From Vicugna vicugna (lineage: Eukaryota): a stretch of 64,000 nucleotides of DNA. Positions 1-13,717 of this stretch are shown here, in pieces. The position numbers were made by a program, and so were the translations under genes. The notes beneath the pieces are model-generated. The model saw only the letters and a program-made list of their open reading frames with translations, had not been told where the DNA came from and made no database searches. Where the stretch lies: NCBI GenBank assembly GCA_013265495.1, contig MU058384.1, positions 4,327,239 to 4,391,238 of the forward strand. Reading direction: 5' to 3'. Each line of letters opens with the position of its first letter. The first letter of the stretch is position 1.

Positions 1-3000
1 CTAGCTGGATTTTTCTTCTCAGTTTTGGATCAAAACAACCAGGCCAAGATAAAAGACTACATTTGGGGTATATTTCTGCTGTTTAACTTTCCTCAGTGGG
101 ACAGAGAATGAGTTAAAAAGAGGAGAGGACACTTCTCTGCAACAAAGCTAGATTGTTTAAGTGGGTTAAACTGACAGAGAACAAAGTTACAAAACACTCC
201 TCCTTGCCCTGTATTGATAAAAATCTGCGCTTTTGTCACTGTCATTTTTCTGCCCTTTGTAATGGTAGAAAATGAATATGATATTATTACTTTCTTAGTT
301 TTGGGGCGCCTACATAATATGTAATTTAAAGGACATCTAAACATATCATATAAAACAGCTGGTTGATGGATCACTTGGTAATCAAAGGGTTTCTGAGTGA
401 GGTTGATTTTTTGCTCAAAAACATTAATGACCTAAAAAAGAGTATTATTGCTTGATTTATTTAAATAAATAAATCAAGAAATCTAGAAAAATCAGTTTTA
501 AAGACATGTTTATAAATGAGCCAATAATTGTGTTAAAATGTAAAGCCATAATTTTGAAATTAGAAAATTCTAAGCTATTCTTCAATATATTTATTTAGGT
601 TTGCATATTTGTCACTAAGGAATCTATGTCCTCTGGGAAAGGTTCCTCTATCTAAATATATATCAACATGAAATACAGATGTTTTTCTCAGTTCAGAGTG
701 AACTTTAAAGAGATTTAATTAACTTGGAGGAATAATTTTTAAAATCAATCTTTCTGTGTGGGCATGTATCCTTTTATTTTAAGAAAGCTGAGACAGTCCT
801 GATTAACAATTAGATTAAAATATAATTCCTATATAACAAGCTTTTAAAGAAGACAAACTAAGTTTGTTTTCATTCCTTTTTCACTAATTTTTATTTTCAT
901 GTACTCCCAACTATTCTCCCAACAAATATGTTAACCAGAGTATTCATTTACAACTCACTAAAATTATGTTGTAGTAAAAAAAAAAAAAAAGATAATGGCC
1001 AAGGCTTTGAACTAGTGTCCCTGGGCCAGTAAGATTGTCTTTCAGGCCAATTAGCTAATCACGACAGAAGGTACCCTGTTTTGTACATAGGAGAGGTTGT
1101 AGGTATGTTACTTTTAAGAACTTCACCATGGCTATCTTTTTCCAACAGCAGAGAATACTTTTCTCTTCTCAGAAAAGCCCAAGTTTCCATTTGTACACAT
1201 GGCTTTCCTTTCCCACTGCCACCCCTGAACGAGCTCTGGAGCAGGATTCTTACTGGCTGTAGTTCTGACAAAAAGTAGTATTCTCTCTTTCAGAAGTGGA
1301 CCTTTGAAAAACATCTCTTTTAGAATCTGTAGTGGTTTCAAGATACTGGGATTCAGACACATTTCTATGGCCATAGACTGCTTCCTTTTCTTGGATCTGT
1401 CAGAGCAAATTTCACGTTTGGGGCAGGATTTTGATGGACAAGTAGGAACTGAGTAGGTGTCAGTGTGTGGATGTGTGGGGGAGGGGCAAGGGAGGGGGTT
1501 GATGTTTTAGAGGTGGAGTGGGGTGGCTAGAGGACCCTGAGGTCTGAAGGTGTGATCAAAGGCCAGGGCACAGGGGGCTCTGAAGGAGTTTTGTCTGACT
1601 GCCTACAGACTACGAAGTTGGTAGTGGAGGGACACATGACAAATCACGATGAATGGGTTTCACCCTGAATAATCTTTGATTCTGGGGTGAGGAAGCTGGA
1701 CCTGATTTGATGGCCATGGGCAGCCAATATTTACTGCTGATGACAGTGCTGTTTTATAAGGTTTGCTAGATTGAAAAAGGAGCGAAACTGAGCCACAGGG
1801 CTCTTGACCAACTTTGTTGTACGTCCGTCCAGCTGCCGACTCACTCTTTCTATTCCACGTCTTTCTTGGTAATATCATGTATTTAAATGAGTATCTTTAG
1901 TATCTTCTGTCTTATATAATCCCTCTGTTACATTGAGTAGCATTCTCTACTCATTTAATACGTGTTTTGTAGTATTATTATGAGGAGGTACTATGCTAGT
2001 TTTTACTCTCAACAATGTCAAAGCCATGACTGAGCCTCAAGAAGCACTTGTTGAGTAAAATTAAGTACATGAGATTTTTTACCCTTCTAATATAGTAGAG
2101 GCAAGTTCTTGACTTTAGAATGTCTGCCTCAGTTGCCTGCTTTTGGTGTATTGTGGGTTCATTTGTACCCATGACTTCCATAAATTGTGGAGACATTTCA
2201 TTTGGTTTTGAGTGATTTAAAGGTTTTCTGATTATGAATCCATTTATATATAATTAAACTGGAAAAGCTTAATTAATAATTAGATATCCCCTTATTCCAG
2301 GTAGGATGGGGTCAAATATACCTTTGGTGAAGTAGAAACTTCAGATGCAATTGAAGGAGCATCATCTTAATTGTTTCCTCTAGTATGACTTCTGTAATAC
2401 ATTCGTGTTCTTATTTTTATGTGAAGTGAATTATCTCCTACCAACTCATTCACTTTTATAAACTTACTTATTCTTAGGTGTTTCCTTAGTGGGACTCCCA
2501 CACACAAGTAAGTGTAATCAGGTCCAATACAGGGAAAGAAAACAGCTGTAACTTGATGTAACTTCTAGGGGTTTCCTCATGCAGGAGATTAACAAAGGAA
2601 GGGGTAGTTTAAGGACAGACCCCAGGTCCGTCTTAGATTTCTAGAAGTTGTTTTTCAGGCTGCTGCTTATTACTTTGCTTACTCAAGTTAATTATAGCTC
2701 TCCTCCTATGTCTATCTGGATAGACCTAAGTTTTTAAAAGGGCTGGTCCATGCACACTTGACTGGTAAAGGAAAGAAAGCATCCTTTTTATTATCACCAG
2801 TGCTTGTCTTGTGAGAGATAGGGAACTCAAAGTTAAACTTGAAATCTGTACCTCCACATTGGTCACTTTGTGAATCTGCCTGAATTTTGAGGTTCAATCT
2901 GCCTTAATGCTCACCATTAATTCAGCCCATCAGTTAACCATAAGCCCTTTAATAATAGCCCACAGGAATTCCCTGCTAGACGCAACTTTCTGGCTTGTTT

Positions 3001-3133
3001 GGAAATTATACAAGGCCTCTACATAGAAATGGTTGGGACTGTCAACAGACATGTTCTTTTTACCCAGTTTGAGGAGGAAAAAAGGCGGCTTCTGTGCCAG
3101 TTTATAACAGTCTTGCTTCCATTTCAGCTGTAT

Positions 3134-3300
3134 CAGTGGATCTCAATCCTGGCTGGACATTCATCACCTGGGGAGCTTTCAAAAATGTCAATGCTTGAGT
3201 CCCATCTTAGATTCACAGGGGGTGAGGCTAGAGTATCTGAACTGAAAAAAAAAAATCATCTCAGGTGATTCTAAGGGTTAGCCAGGATTGAAACTCACCG
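3134..3300. mobile_element. MER5-type hAT-Charlie MITE
   Basis: cagtggatctcaatcctggctg...atcacctggggagcttt...caggtgattctaa...ccaggattgaaactcaccg, quasi-palindromic MER5 ends. Confidence 0.7.
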
Positions 3301-3559
3301 AGCTTAGGATCAAAAAGATATAGGTGATACTGTCACTGCTACTGTGTCAGGCTGAGATGCTGACTAAGACTAGACTTTTCATGTCTACTTTTAGAGTCAG
3401 ATACAGTATCGCCTCCATTTCCCTCCAGTCAAGGGTCCACCTATCAAAAAGCTCTCCCCTTTCCTTTTACGCCACCTACTGAAACGTGAGCTGGCCCAAT
3501 GTAGCAGAGGTTGACCAGACTTGGGGGAGAGGGGCTGGGAAGAGCTCAGCTTATACTGA

Positions 3560-3800
3560 CAGTGGAAGAGGTCAGTGAGCATGGGTGACACAAGCATCTG
3601 GACAAATGACTGGTTTCATAACTCACTGTATGATGTTGGGCAAACTACTGAATCTCCCTAGACTCTTTTTTCCAGTCCAGTAAATAAGAGGTAATAACCC
3701 CACGCCTACTTCACAAGGCTGTTGGGAGCATCATACAAGACTGTGTACTTGAAAGTACTTTATAAACTCTAAAGTTTCACACTTCACAGAAGTTACTATT
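3560..3800 (+). mobile_element. MIR SINE
   Basis: Degenerate MIR core: ttgggcaaactactgaatctc...cctacttcacaaggctgttgggagcatca...gaaagtacttt. Confidence 0.65.
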
Positions 3801-5156
3801 CCCCCTTGTGTAACAAAGTTGATTTCAAAGTGTCTAAAGTCTGCTCTTTCCATGGATCAAACACTGAAAGTATTTTAATATGTGTAGGTATTAAGTAGAT
3901 ATGCAGCTTATATTTTGCACCATATTCTCCTTCATTTGTTATCATTTATCCTGATGGTAAACCACCCACAAAATCTAGCTACAGGGAACAATTAAGTTAA
4001 AAAGAAAAGCTGATCTGTTTATTCTAACTTTTCAAAGCCAGAACATGAAAACCTAAACTACTATATTACCTTAAATGCTACTGAATATTTATTGCCCATA
4101 CTATGTGTTAGGCATTGTGCAATGCAAGCTTACTTTTACTTTAAAGAGATTATAAACTAAAAATAATCTGAAGCACAAATAAACGATACATATTTGAAAT
4201 CTAAAATGAGTTGTCACCTAAAACAGAGTACTTTTGAGGTGGAATTGTTCTAAGAAACTGCTACGGTGAAAATTTCGAGACTGACATATGTGGGAAGGAA
4301 TGGAGAGGCAGCTACCTTCAATCTTCACTTCGCTTTATCACAGTAATGATGAAGATGGATAAACTATGGATTATAGTGACACTTTGATTAACGTAATCCT
4401 TTGGAAAGGAAGCTCTTTTGTGAATTAAACAACAACAAAAACCAAAACAAACTAAAAAAATCTTCAAGAATCACGTGAAACAGAAGAGTCTGATTTTGTA
4501 GCTACGGGGGTGGGGGGCGGAATCTATTTTCATGAATGTCTTCTCAATGAATATGCATGTTAGAGGCGACTCAAGGCATGGCTGTAAAGTCTTGAAAGTT
4601 CACAGCCTCTTTTTTCTTACAGCTCCCTGATCACCCCCTTCATTGGAACCCCTCTCTTTCCGCCTTTAGCTAGTAATTTCTTGTTTGCCATCACACGTAG
4701 AAAACGATTTGTTATGCACAGCTAAAACCCATTCACAGAAATTATCACCTCAACCGTGAGTTGTTTTCATATATTATTATAATATATGACATTACTGAGT
4801 ATATTGTTAATACATTAATATATTAATATGTTAACATTAACAGAATTAATCTCATTGTGAATCCAAAGGCTTTTCTCCTAGCTGAAGGGACTTCAGGCAT
4901 CAGCAAGCAGGAAGTAGGTAGTCACTTGAGGACAATTTGCTTACACTGGTGGATGTGAGTGTAGGCAGCAGGGGAGTAGGTGACAGGCGCAGAGATGAGT
5001 GAAAGAGAGACCCTTAATTTCTTCATGTTTAACCTCAACTCTTGGCAGGCCAGATGCTGCCGCCCACATGGTGGAGACCTTGTCTGAGAATTGTTGGAGT
5101 TAAGGGGGATGGGTCCTTTAAAGCCCCATCATGAGTTTCCAAGAGAACCCAAAGCT

Positions 5157-5309
5157 CATGATTCTCAAAAGTGAGTGTGCATCAGGAAGCAAATTACTGG
5201 GCCCCAATTCCAAAGTTTCTGATGTAATGGGTTCCACGCTGGGCCAGAGAATTTGCATTTCTAACAAATTCTCATGTTATGCTTAAGGAAAACACCGTAA
5301 GAACCATTG
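5157..5309. mobile_element. MER5A MITE
   Basis: ttctcaaa...tgcatcag...ctgggcccc...agtttctgat...agaatttgcatttctaacaa...gaaccattg. Confidence 0.75.
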
Positions 5310-6809
5310 CTTTAGACTGATCTCTGTGACTAGGGCTTGTCTTCGATTTTATCAATGAGCTACCTGGGGTCCAGGATGATAAAAGGCACCCAATGCTCTG
5401 ATAGAAAATCTAGGGTTCCTATTCCTGGATCAGTACTTTTTATTACTGAATCATCTACCTTCACATAACGAGAATGTGTGTTCTGTTTTCTCACCTCAAG
5501 CATCTAAATGCATATTTTTGGGTTGCAATTTTTTTCATACTGTGACCATAGTCTGCAAAAATGTATTCCCTACAAAATCTATATTATCCACAGCTTTGTT
5601 TAATATAACTTTTGCTTCTGACCCACGAGAGTTTCAATGCAGCTAACTTTCTGTTAATAGAGTATGTGAGTAAATATCCACCCCCTGAAATCTAAAATCT
5701 TACTAACTGAACTTTCTTGAAGAGGCATAACCAATATTCAAATCTAATTTGAATTTCATGTCTTCTTAAACATCTGCTGCTCATGCAATAACAGAACAGC
5801 AAACGGGAGAAGGAAATGGAAAGAAACGAAGGCCCTGGATGGTACACTAAGTGGGTAGCTCTTGAAAAGCCAACATGGACCAACCACTATAACTGAAGCA
5901 ACTCTCTAATGTGAATTTGACTGATGTGTTTTTATATATCTCATCAGTTGAATTATTAGCTCTCTGAAAATAATTTTTCATTACTTCAATAAATTGTATC
6001 AAGGACCTCCTGGTGGCAGGCACCATGAAAGGCAAGAAGGAAGTGATGGATAAAGACAGATACTGTCCTGTCTTCATTATCTCAAATTCTAGCATGTTTA
6101 GTCAACCATTGGAACCATGCACATTTTACCAAGTTCTTTCTAATTGATATCCATTAGATTGGTTGGATTTTCAGTTAGTTTAATTAAAAAGAGCTGAATT
6201 TTTCAGAAAAGAGAGTAAATTAATTTGAAACATGTATCTTTGTTAGAAAAAAGTGAATTCTTATATATTTCTAACATAAAAAAGAGAGACAGTGCTTCAT
6301 TCTGAACTTTATTTAAAAGTAGGCAAAATTATGCAAGGGATTCATTTCCTTGGTGCCAGCAGATAACAGACAAGACAGATCAATCTTAGTTTAGACTGAG
6401 ATGAATTCTTCTTACAACAGGCATAGTTACTATTTATTAGGTTATGAACATCCATCAGTCTATCCTTTCTATAAAAATATACAGTTCATGAAATAAAATG
6501 TATATTCTTAAAACAAAATAAAACAATAATGACAGTAAAACTCTTATCTCATGATTCACTTGAGATGAGATTTTTCCTAATTATCAACCAATTCTTTGGT
6601 TTATACTTCTTTTTGCCCACTTGGTCAGAAAATTATATTTCCTTTTAATGCTTTGTTCTACGAGCATCCCTAAAAAGAAGAATTCATTTTGGATACTCCT
6701 TTCTACCTTTCATTTAACACAAAGTAATATTGTGTATTTGGTCCTTATATCCTTTCTCCTATTCATCTATGGATCATTTAAAACTATCATTAGAGGGTAA
6801 GCTCTTAAA

Positions 6810-7290
6810 ACATAGCATCTTAGAGTCAAAATAGACTGTGGAGAGAGCTGGTTCCAAGCTCCACCTAATTCAGCCATTGCCACTAGAAGATCCCTGAAAG
6901 AGGGCTGTCACTCTGAATGAGTTCAATGCTGAAGATCTTACTACTTTATAATGCTGGAGCAGTTCTCTTTATTATGAAGTTTTGTCTTATATTTTTCAAA
7001 AATCTACCTCCTTCTACCTTACACTTATTCCACTCTGAAACTATAAAGAAGTTAAGTCCTTCTTCAATATGTAAGTCTTAGATACCTTCAAAAAATATTT
7101 GTGGCCTGTGTCCTCTCTTAGCTTCTTCTTAGTTTCAGAGAGCTCTGGCTCCTTCAATTTCAGTACCTCTTCTGATATGGTCTCTAGGACTTTGGCCAGT
7201 TAATTTCTGTCTCTGGATACAGTTCTCCGTTCCATTGTCCCACACAATGCTTAGACTGGACACACAAGGAACACTATCTCTCAGGATTTT
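6810..7290 (-). mobile_element. L3/CR1 ancient LINE fragment
   Basis: Resembles the reverse complement of the L3 3' region (aatctacctcc...ccttcaa...tctggatacagttctcc...gactggacaca); highly diverged. Confidence 0.5.
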
Positions 7291-7317
7291 GTGTAATTCA
7301 CACCTGTGATGAGCCTG

Positions 7318-7669
7318 TGTTACCATCTGATTGTCTGGGTCCTCCCAAATTCGTTATGTTGAAACTCTAACCCCCAATGTGATGGTACTTGGAGATGAGG
7401 GCTTTGGGAGGTAACTGGATTAGATGAGGTCATGAGGATGAGGCCCTTGTAATGGGATTACTGCCCTTATAAGAAGAGATACCCCAGAGCCTGCCCTTTC
7501 TCTTCTCTGCCACAGCAAGAAGGTGTCCTTCTGCAGACAGGCTCTCATCAGAACCTGACCATGCCAGCACCATGACCTCAGACTTCGAGTCTCCAGAACT
7601 GTAAGAAAATAAGTTTCTGTTGTTTAAGTTACCCAGTCCATGCCATGGCACTGCAGACAGACTAAGACA
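7318..7669 (+). mobile_element. MLT1A-type MaLR solo LTR
   Basis: cccaaattc...tatgttgaaactctaacccccaatgtgatggta...tgcccttataagaagag...ccagaactgtaagaaaataagtttctgttgtttaag...gactaagaca. Confidence 0.9.
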
Positions 7670-10600
7670 GTACTTGGGCAGTTAACAAAACAGGGGAAAT
7701 ATAATTTAGAATGTTTGGTGAAATTACTATGATTTTAGTAAACATATTATTTGGATTATAAAAATACATAAATACTTTGAAAATCTTGCTTTATGCTTTA
7801 TGATTCTCACTTTGAAGTTCTGTGACTGTGAAAATAGGCAGCTTTGATATACAGTGTTCCCTTCCCTTGTACTGTTTATATAATAAATGCATATGCATGT
7901 ACATATACATACACACATACACATCAGTTTTTATTGTTTGTTTTCTGTTTAGCAAATGTTCACATTCTTATGTATTTTTTAGTGAATCAAAGCAGAAAGA
8001 TGAGCCACACTGTTTGGAGAAATGTACCTTGCTTAGTTCAAGTGTCTTATATTGCTTCTTCTTTGGAAGAAAGAAGTGGGAGTGGAGTAGTTTTTGCAAC
8101 CAGGTCACTGGTTTTCATCAGTGCAGTCACGAACACATTCTGTCTTTAGAGCAGATGAACACCTCCAGTAACAAGTGGAATTTATCACATGCAAGTTAAT
8201 TCAACTACCACTACCTGAGGGGTGATCAAGGAAAGAAGGCTCAGGTCTGGTGGCCTCTATTCTCCACACCACAGTCACAGACCGAATGCACATGTACGTA
8301 GTGTTTGGTTCTAATATTAACTGTACAGGGAAATCCCCAATAATCAAATCCAGGAGCCACATCATCATCTCACAAGTCAGAGGCCTGAGTCAGGGGAGCA
8401 CTCACACTCAATACAGAGGGATCGTGCCCCAAATTGCTGTGAACTGGCATCACCTGATTCCTGCCACCAACCCAGAGGCAGTCCTTGCAATTCTGACCAA
8501 CTTTCATCTGAGCTGAGACTATGATTCTGAGTTATTTAAAACAGGCTAAATTCTGTTCATGGTTGTCTGTTCCTATAAATGTGTCATCTGTTACAGACAT
8601 GTTTCAAGGTTAAGGATCACTTTTGTTATTTTGGGGACAGTCTCAAGTTACTTGTAAAGATAATTTGTTTAGGATGAAGATATCACTTCAGAGATATTAG
8701 GTCTACACACACTCTTTTTTAATGAGGTAGAGCAAAAAGTTTACAGAATTATCACCGCTCTCTCCTAGGTGTTTCAAGAGTGCTTGGAGGTAAATGTACA
8801 AACAGCAATCTTATTTCCGCTTCTCGCTCCTTCTGTTCCACATGTAACAAGACTGTCCCTGAGATGGGGCAGATCATATAATGGGGAGATTTTATTCTCT
8901 TCTTCCTGAAACTGTGTGACCAACCTCATCAGATTCCTGGTCTGGGATCCATTGGAACTTTGGGAGGAAAAAAAATAGACTATCCTAATGATTAGAACTT
9001 TGACGAATAACAGAAAACATGTTTTATTAGACCATCAACTTTCAGAATTTGTTTCCTTCTTAAGATCCCTTCCTGAAAGATGCTTCTTGAAGAAAGTGAC
9101 ACAGATACAGGTTCATCACAAGAAGGAGATTTGGGAAAAGAAGGCAGGTAAAGAGTCACGATTTTCTCACTCTTGTGTTCTTCAGATTTGCCCAGGACCT
9201 ACTTAGCATCAAAATATGAATAGAGTACCTGTGTCATCTTGCTGTGAGCCTTCAAGTAAGAATACCTACACTGAAAACATAATCATATTTTAACTCCCAA
9301 CTCACTAGCCTGGTCCTGTTTTTAAGCAAAGCTCAATCAAGTTTCTTTAGTATCCAGTTTATAAAATGCTCGCTCAACTAGGTGGTTATTACACTTTTCT
9401 AAATGTTTTCCCTTAAATAAACAATATTAACAAATTGATTTGAAGTCCACTATTTTGCAAGGTTCAGGAAGAACATTTTGGTTTGCTGAACCATTTCCAC
9501 ACAATGCACTCAGAGAGGGCTAAAAGGAAAATGTCATCACCTCAGTTACTGAAATTACTCTCATTTTAGAGATATTTTGGTAAACAAGTCAAGGCAGCTC
9601 ACACGGCCATCAGCCATCCTTCCTTGCATACTCAAAAAAGGCTAGGTCTGTGTGCTTTACAGAAACAGTAATGTAAAAGCTCCAGCAAATCTGAGGAGCA
9701 GACACTGAACAGAGCTTTGATTCTAGGATCCCTGGTGAGCAGTATGGGTACTTTGTATAAAATGCAGGGCTGAAGTCTCTGCCAGAGAGGTAACTTCATT
9801 GTAATTAGATCCCAGGAGTTTTATTAGCAGTGGGAGGGGAGGGGAGTTGAGAGCATCACCTGGGCGCCTGAGCAACAAGTCTCGCAAACACCCTGTTCTA
9901 TGGGATCCAGAGACAGGAAGAACTGTTCTCAAGAGCTCAGCAGCCCCTGTGTGTTGCCGTCCTGGTCAGGACCATCAATGCTGGCGCTACTCTGAGCCAT
10001 AAACTTGCCAGTGCATTGAGGAAAGTTTCAGTTGCTCTGAGCATGAAATGCTTGGAATTAAGCCAGGTTTGACTTGAGCTAGCTAAAAGATCACTGGTTT
10101 TATTTTTCCTACACTCCAAATCCTTCCAGGGGATAGAAATACTTTTGGGTACTCCAGACTATGTTTATCTGTCTTATCTTTTCTGTAGATGCAAGAAATG
10201 TGGTTAGATGAACTAAAATTATCCATAGTAACTTTAGTTTTGATTTTGATGCAGCAACTTTGCCAAAGGGGAGCCTGCGTCCAAAGAAATCGTTCCCTTT
10301 TAAGATGTGAAAGATAATCTTTGGACTAATCTTTCTGCTCCTTCCCAGTACCCCCTGACCCATCCATTTTCATTTCTCCACCTAAATAGAAAAAAATGAT
10401 AGAATACTTTGGATCCCCCAAAGCAGTAACATTTCTGGGATAGTCTGAAAACTTCTAGTCTTCTCATCCTATCCAACTGTAGAGGCTGCAGTCCGTGGGC
10501 CTTTGGGGGTTCCCAACAGCTCCATCCAGCTCAGCTAGGAGGGCAGATGGCACCCCAGGTCAGTTGCAGCTGGACAGGGGAAATCAAGCTATTTGGAGAG

Positions 10601-13144
10601 TTTTATTCTTTCCCAAGTGGGACTTTCCTCTGAATTTGAGGCAAATACAGTAACATGACACTCTCTTTCCTTTTCCTTTTGAGAACAGTCACGGAGAGAG
10701 GAATGCAAATAAAGTGTAAAGTCTGGTGCTTAAACAAGGTTAGCCTGGTAGCAAAAGGGCAGGTGAAAGGGGTGGTGGTACCAATTAGCTCATAGAAGGC
10801 TTTAGTTTCATTCTGTTACATCTAAGGGGATGACAGTGGTTCCAGAAAGTTCTTCAAAGCTACTTCCACCCTCCCTCCCACGTAACCTTTGAATTTTTAT
10901 TTGCTTGTTTCTGTTCTCTTTTCCTTAGGATTGATGAAGATTGCGTGGAGCTGGGCAGGTGGGATCAGAGATGTGTCGCACCAGTCTTAGTGCTCGAGCT
11001 CTCCCCAAGTTCCCACTCTGTGTACATCACCCCTGCGTACCCTGACAGTGACTAGCTCCACAGTTGCAGGTGAGGAACCCAGCACATCACAAGCAAGGAA
11101 CTTTTGTTATCAGAATTCAAGTTCGTGTTTGATTCCAGAACTCAGGTTTGTAACTATTTCAGTAAGGAATCATTGTTATTCTTCTCATTTTTCTTACATT
11201 AAGCCTCAGTCTAAGTCTTACTTTCTACATGAAAATTCAGTTTTTTGGCGGGGGGGGGGGCTTGGAATAGCCCTGGATTGAATCTGTATAAAAGCTACCA
11301 CATGCCACGTGAGACACTCCTGGCTAGTCATCCAAAGGACCTCTAGACTGGCAAATTAATATAAGCATTTTTCAACCAATTTCTGTACTTAGGGGAACTA
11401 ACTGCTCAAACTGAAAATGTCTATATATCTCTCAGATTAGATGAAGATATTTTAAAAGATTAATAGAAATATGGTCTGGGAGGTTCTAATTTAGCAGTAG
11501 GCAGGAGCTGAATTCCTGAATGTGTGCTAGCATCTGAATGACATTAGTCTTTTTAAAAAACACTGGGAGACTGCAATTTACTTCCAGGTCTTCTGATGAA
11601 TAACCTTGATGTCTCGGGCAGGGACTCCAATATGCGTCACTCCTTACCTCAAGCTGACTGTTTTATCAACAATGCTGGCTGATGAAAAATCTTCCTGCAA
11701 TTGTTTTATTCTTACTCAAAGCATGCTTCTTTCCCCCATTCCAGCTGGTCTATTAGGTGGATAAAAGAATTGCCAAAAACACACTGTGGGAGCATCTGGT
11801 TCTGAAGAAAAATACACCAAGCTTATTATCCTTCAGACTTTGTAGTATATTGAGGAAGTCTATTTTGCAAGAGGTTACTAATGATGGGAGTAAATGCTCC
11901 TGGCTTGGCATGCAAGCACACACGTATGGGAAATGAAGAAACTTGAGTAAACATAAAGTCTTGCTGGCAGCAGCTCCCATCTTCCGAGATTTTCAGGCCC
12001 CTGGGTGAAAGGGGCAGCACGCTCCTGAAGCGTTGTGCAATGGATTCCAGGTGTTTGTACTGAAGATCAATACATTTTTTATCTTTAGAAATCAATGAAA
12101 TTTTATATAGCCTGCAGAGAATCTCTTGCTTGGGAAGGCTTAGAGAGAGGCCTATAGGATATTTGGGAAGTCTTTTCATTAAAATGCTCAGATACGAGGC
12201 AGGGAAAAAAAGCAGTTCTTATTTAGAAAAGCTCAGTGCCATGACCAAAGTATTTAAATTGGCTTAAAGAAATGTTTTTTACAGGTTTTAAGACAAATTC
12301 AGTAATTAGTTAGGACACTTCCTAAACCCTGTCTCAACTAATAATTCAGGTGCACACAGCCTTGCCTCTCCTTACTCTTCTGCTGGCTGAGTGTTTATAT
12401 AATGTGGGTAGTTTTCCTCCTGAAAAGGCTCAACTGATATTATGCACATCAAAATGTAATTTTGAATGTAGGGAACAGATTCTGCATAAATTACCTGGAA
12501 GATTTTAGCTGGGACGTAGCCAGGTCTCTTTGGCTATCACCCATGGTTCTGAAGCCAATTCAAACCCCCCACAGGTATTGATTGCTAAGCCAGCAATAAC
12601 CCAGCGTGGCCATCAGACTCCATGGCTTCACAGACCCCAACTGAGGTTTGTGTACTTTTAACTGTAACATTTCGAGACAATGGGCAGCACTGTGCCAATC
12701 TTGTCTTCAGATTTTCCTTTATCTACTTGCCACAGTGATTGAAATTCCTCCTTTAGATATTCTTTCCTTTGGGGATATAGTATATTTTCTTAAGGAAAAA
12801 GGCAGCTATCCAAATATTTAATAAATATTTTTGATTAAATTCAGGCTTGCCAATTTGAATTTTTTCATCAGATTTCTTTTCTCCATGAAAACTAGATGAG
12901 AACAAACACTTCAGAATTAGGCGTTTTGATGAGGTTAGTTGTTACGGGATTGTGAGAAAAAATATTTAGAGAACTTAAGGGTCTTCTCAGAGAACAAGCA
13001 CATCTGAATAAACTCCACTCCATGACAAGGGGAAATGAGCATCCACGGGCCAGAAGAAGGGCATGAAAAGGCACGTGCTGCACTTTGCACAGAAAGAAAA
13101 ATGGAGTCACTGTACTGGGACTCACCCCAGCCCACCTTCTATAA

Positions 13145-13295
13145 CTGCTACATGTGATTCAAAGACCAGCAGCAGCAGTATGATCTAGGGGCTTATTAAA
13201 AATGCAGGATCTCAGGTATTATTCCAGACAATGAGAATTTATATTTAAACAAGATGCCCATGTGATTTGTATGCACACTGAAGTTTGAGAAGCCC
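13145..13295. mobile_element. MER5A1-type MITE
   Basis: gaccagcagc...aaatgcaggatctcagg...aacaagatgccca...tgatttgtatgcacactgaagtttgagaagc. Confidence 0.75.
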
Positions 13296-13299
13296 GGGC

Positions 13300-13717
13300 C
13301 TCTAAGACTGGATTCCTTTAAGTTATGGTGAAATAAATGAACCAACTCCCAGTAGGTCCTGATTGGACAAGAGATGTACACTGAATCCAAGCTGGGCCAA
13401 TCAGATTATCTCTATTTATATACTGAGACAGAAGAAAATGAGGGAGAGGGAGAAAAGAGGGTAACATGTGGACCTCAGAATCAGAGAAAGCTGGTCTAAA
13501 GAAAGAGAAAAAAAAATGAAGCAGATGCTCAGAGAAGCAGACACAGGCTCTCTACTCTAGTTCCTACTTCCAGTTTCTTCCCAATTCTAGCCAAGAGGTT
13601 TGCTAAACCTGAGTTCCACGAAGCACCCCTGGATCCTTATACTAACTCCTCCCCACTTGGTGCTTAAGCCAGCTTGTCATTATGTTTGATCCTTGGGACC
13701 AAGAGTCCTAACAAATA
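13300..13717 (+). mobile_element. Old MLT1 (K/L-like) LTR
   Basis: tgattgg...ccaagctgggccaatcaga...gcttaagccagctt...accaagagtcctaacaaata. Confidence 0.65.

Noticed and set aside
3395..3485. Plus-strand exon-like segment open in two frames
   Set aside because: No recognisable peptide, only moderate splice sites, and it lies between two TEs; likely a pseudo-exon.
11648..11694. Possible minus-strand cryptic exon with donor GAG|GTAAGG
   Set aside because: The acceptor lacks a pyrimidine tract, 47 nt is frame-shifting, and the peptide is not PDE7B-like.
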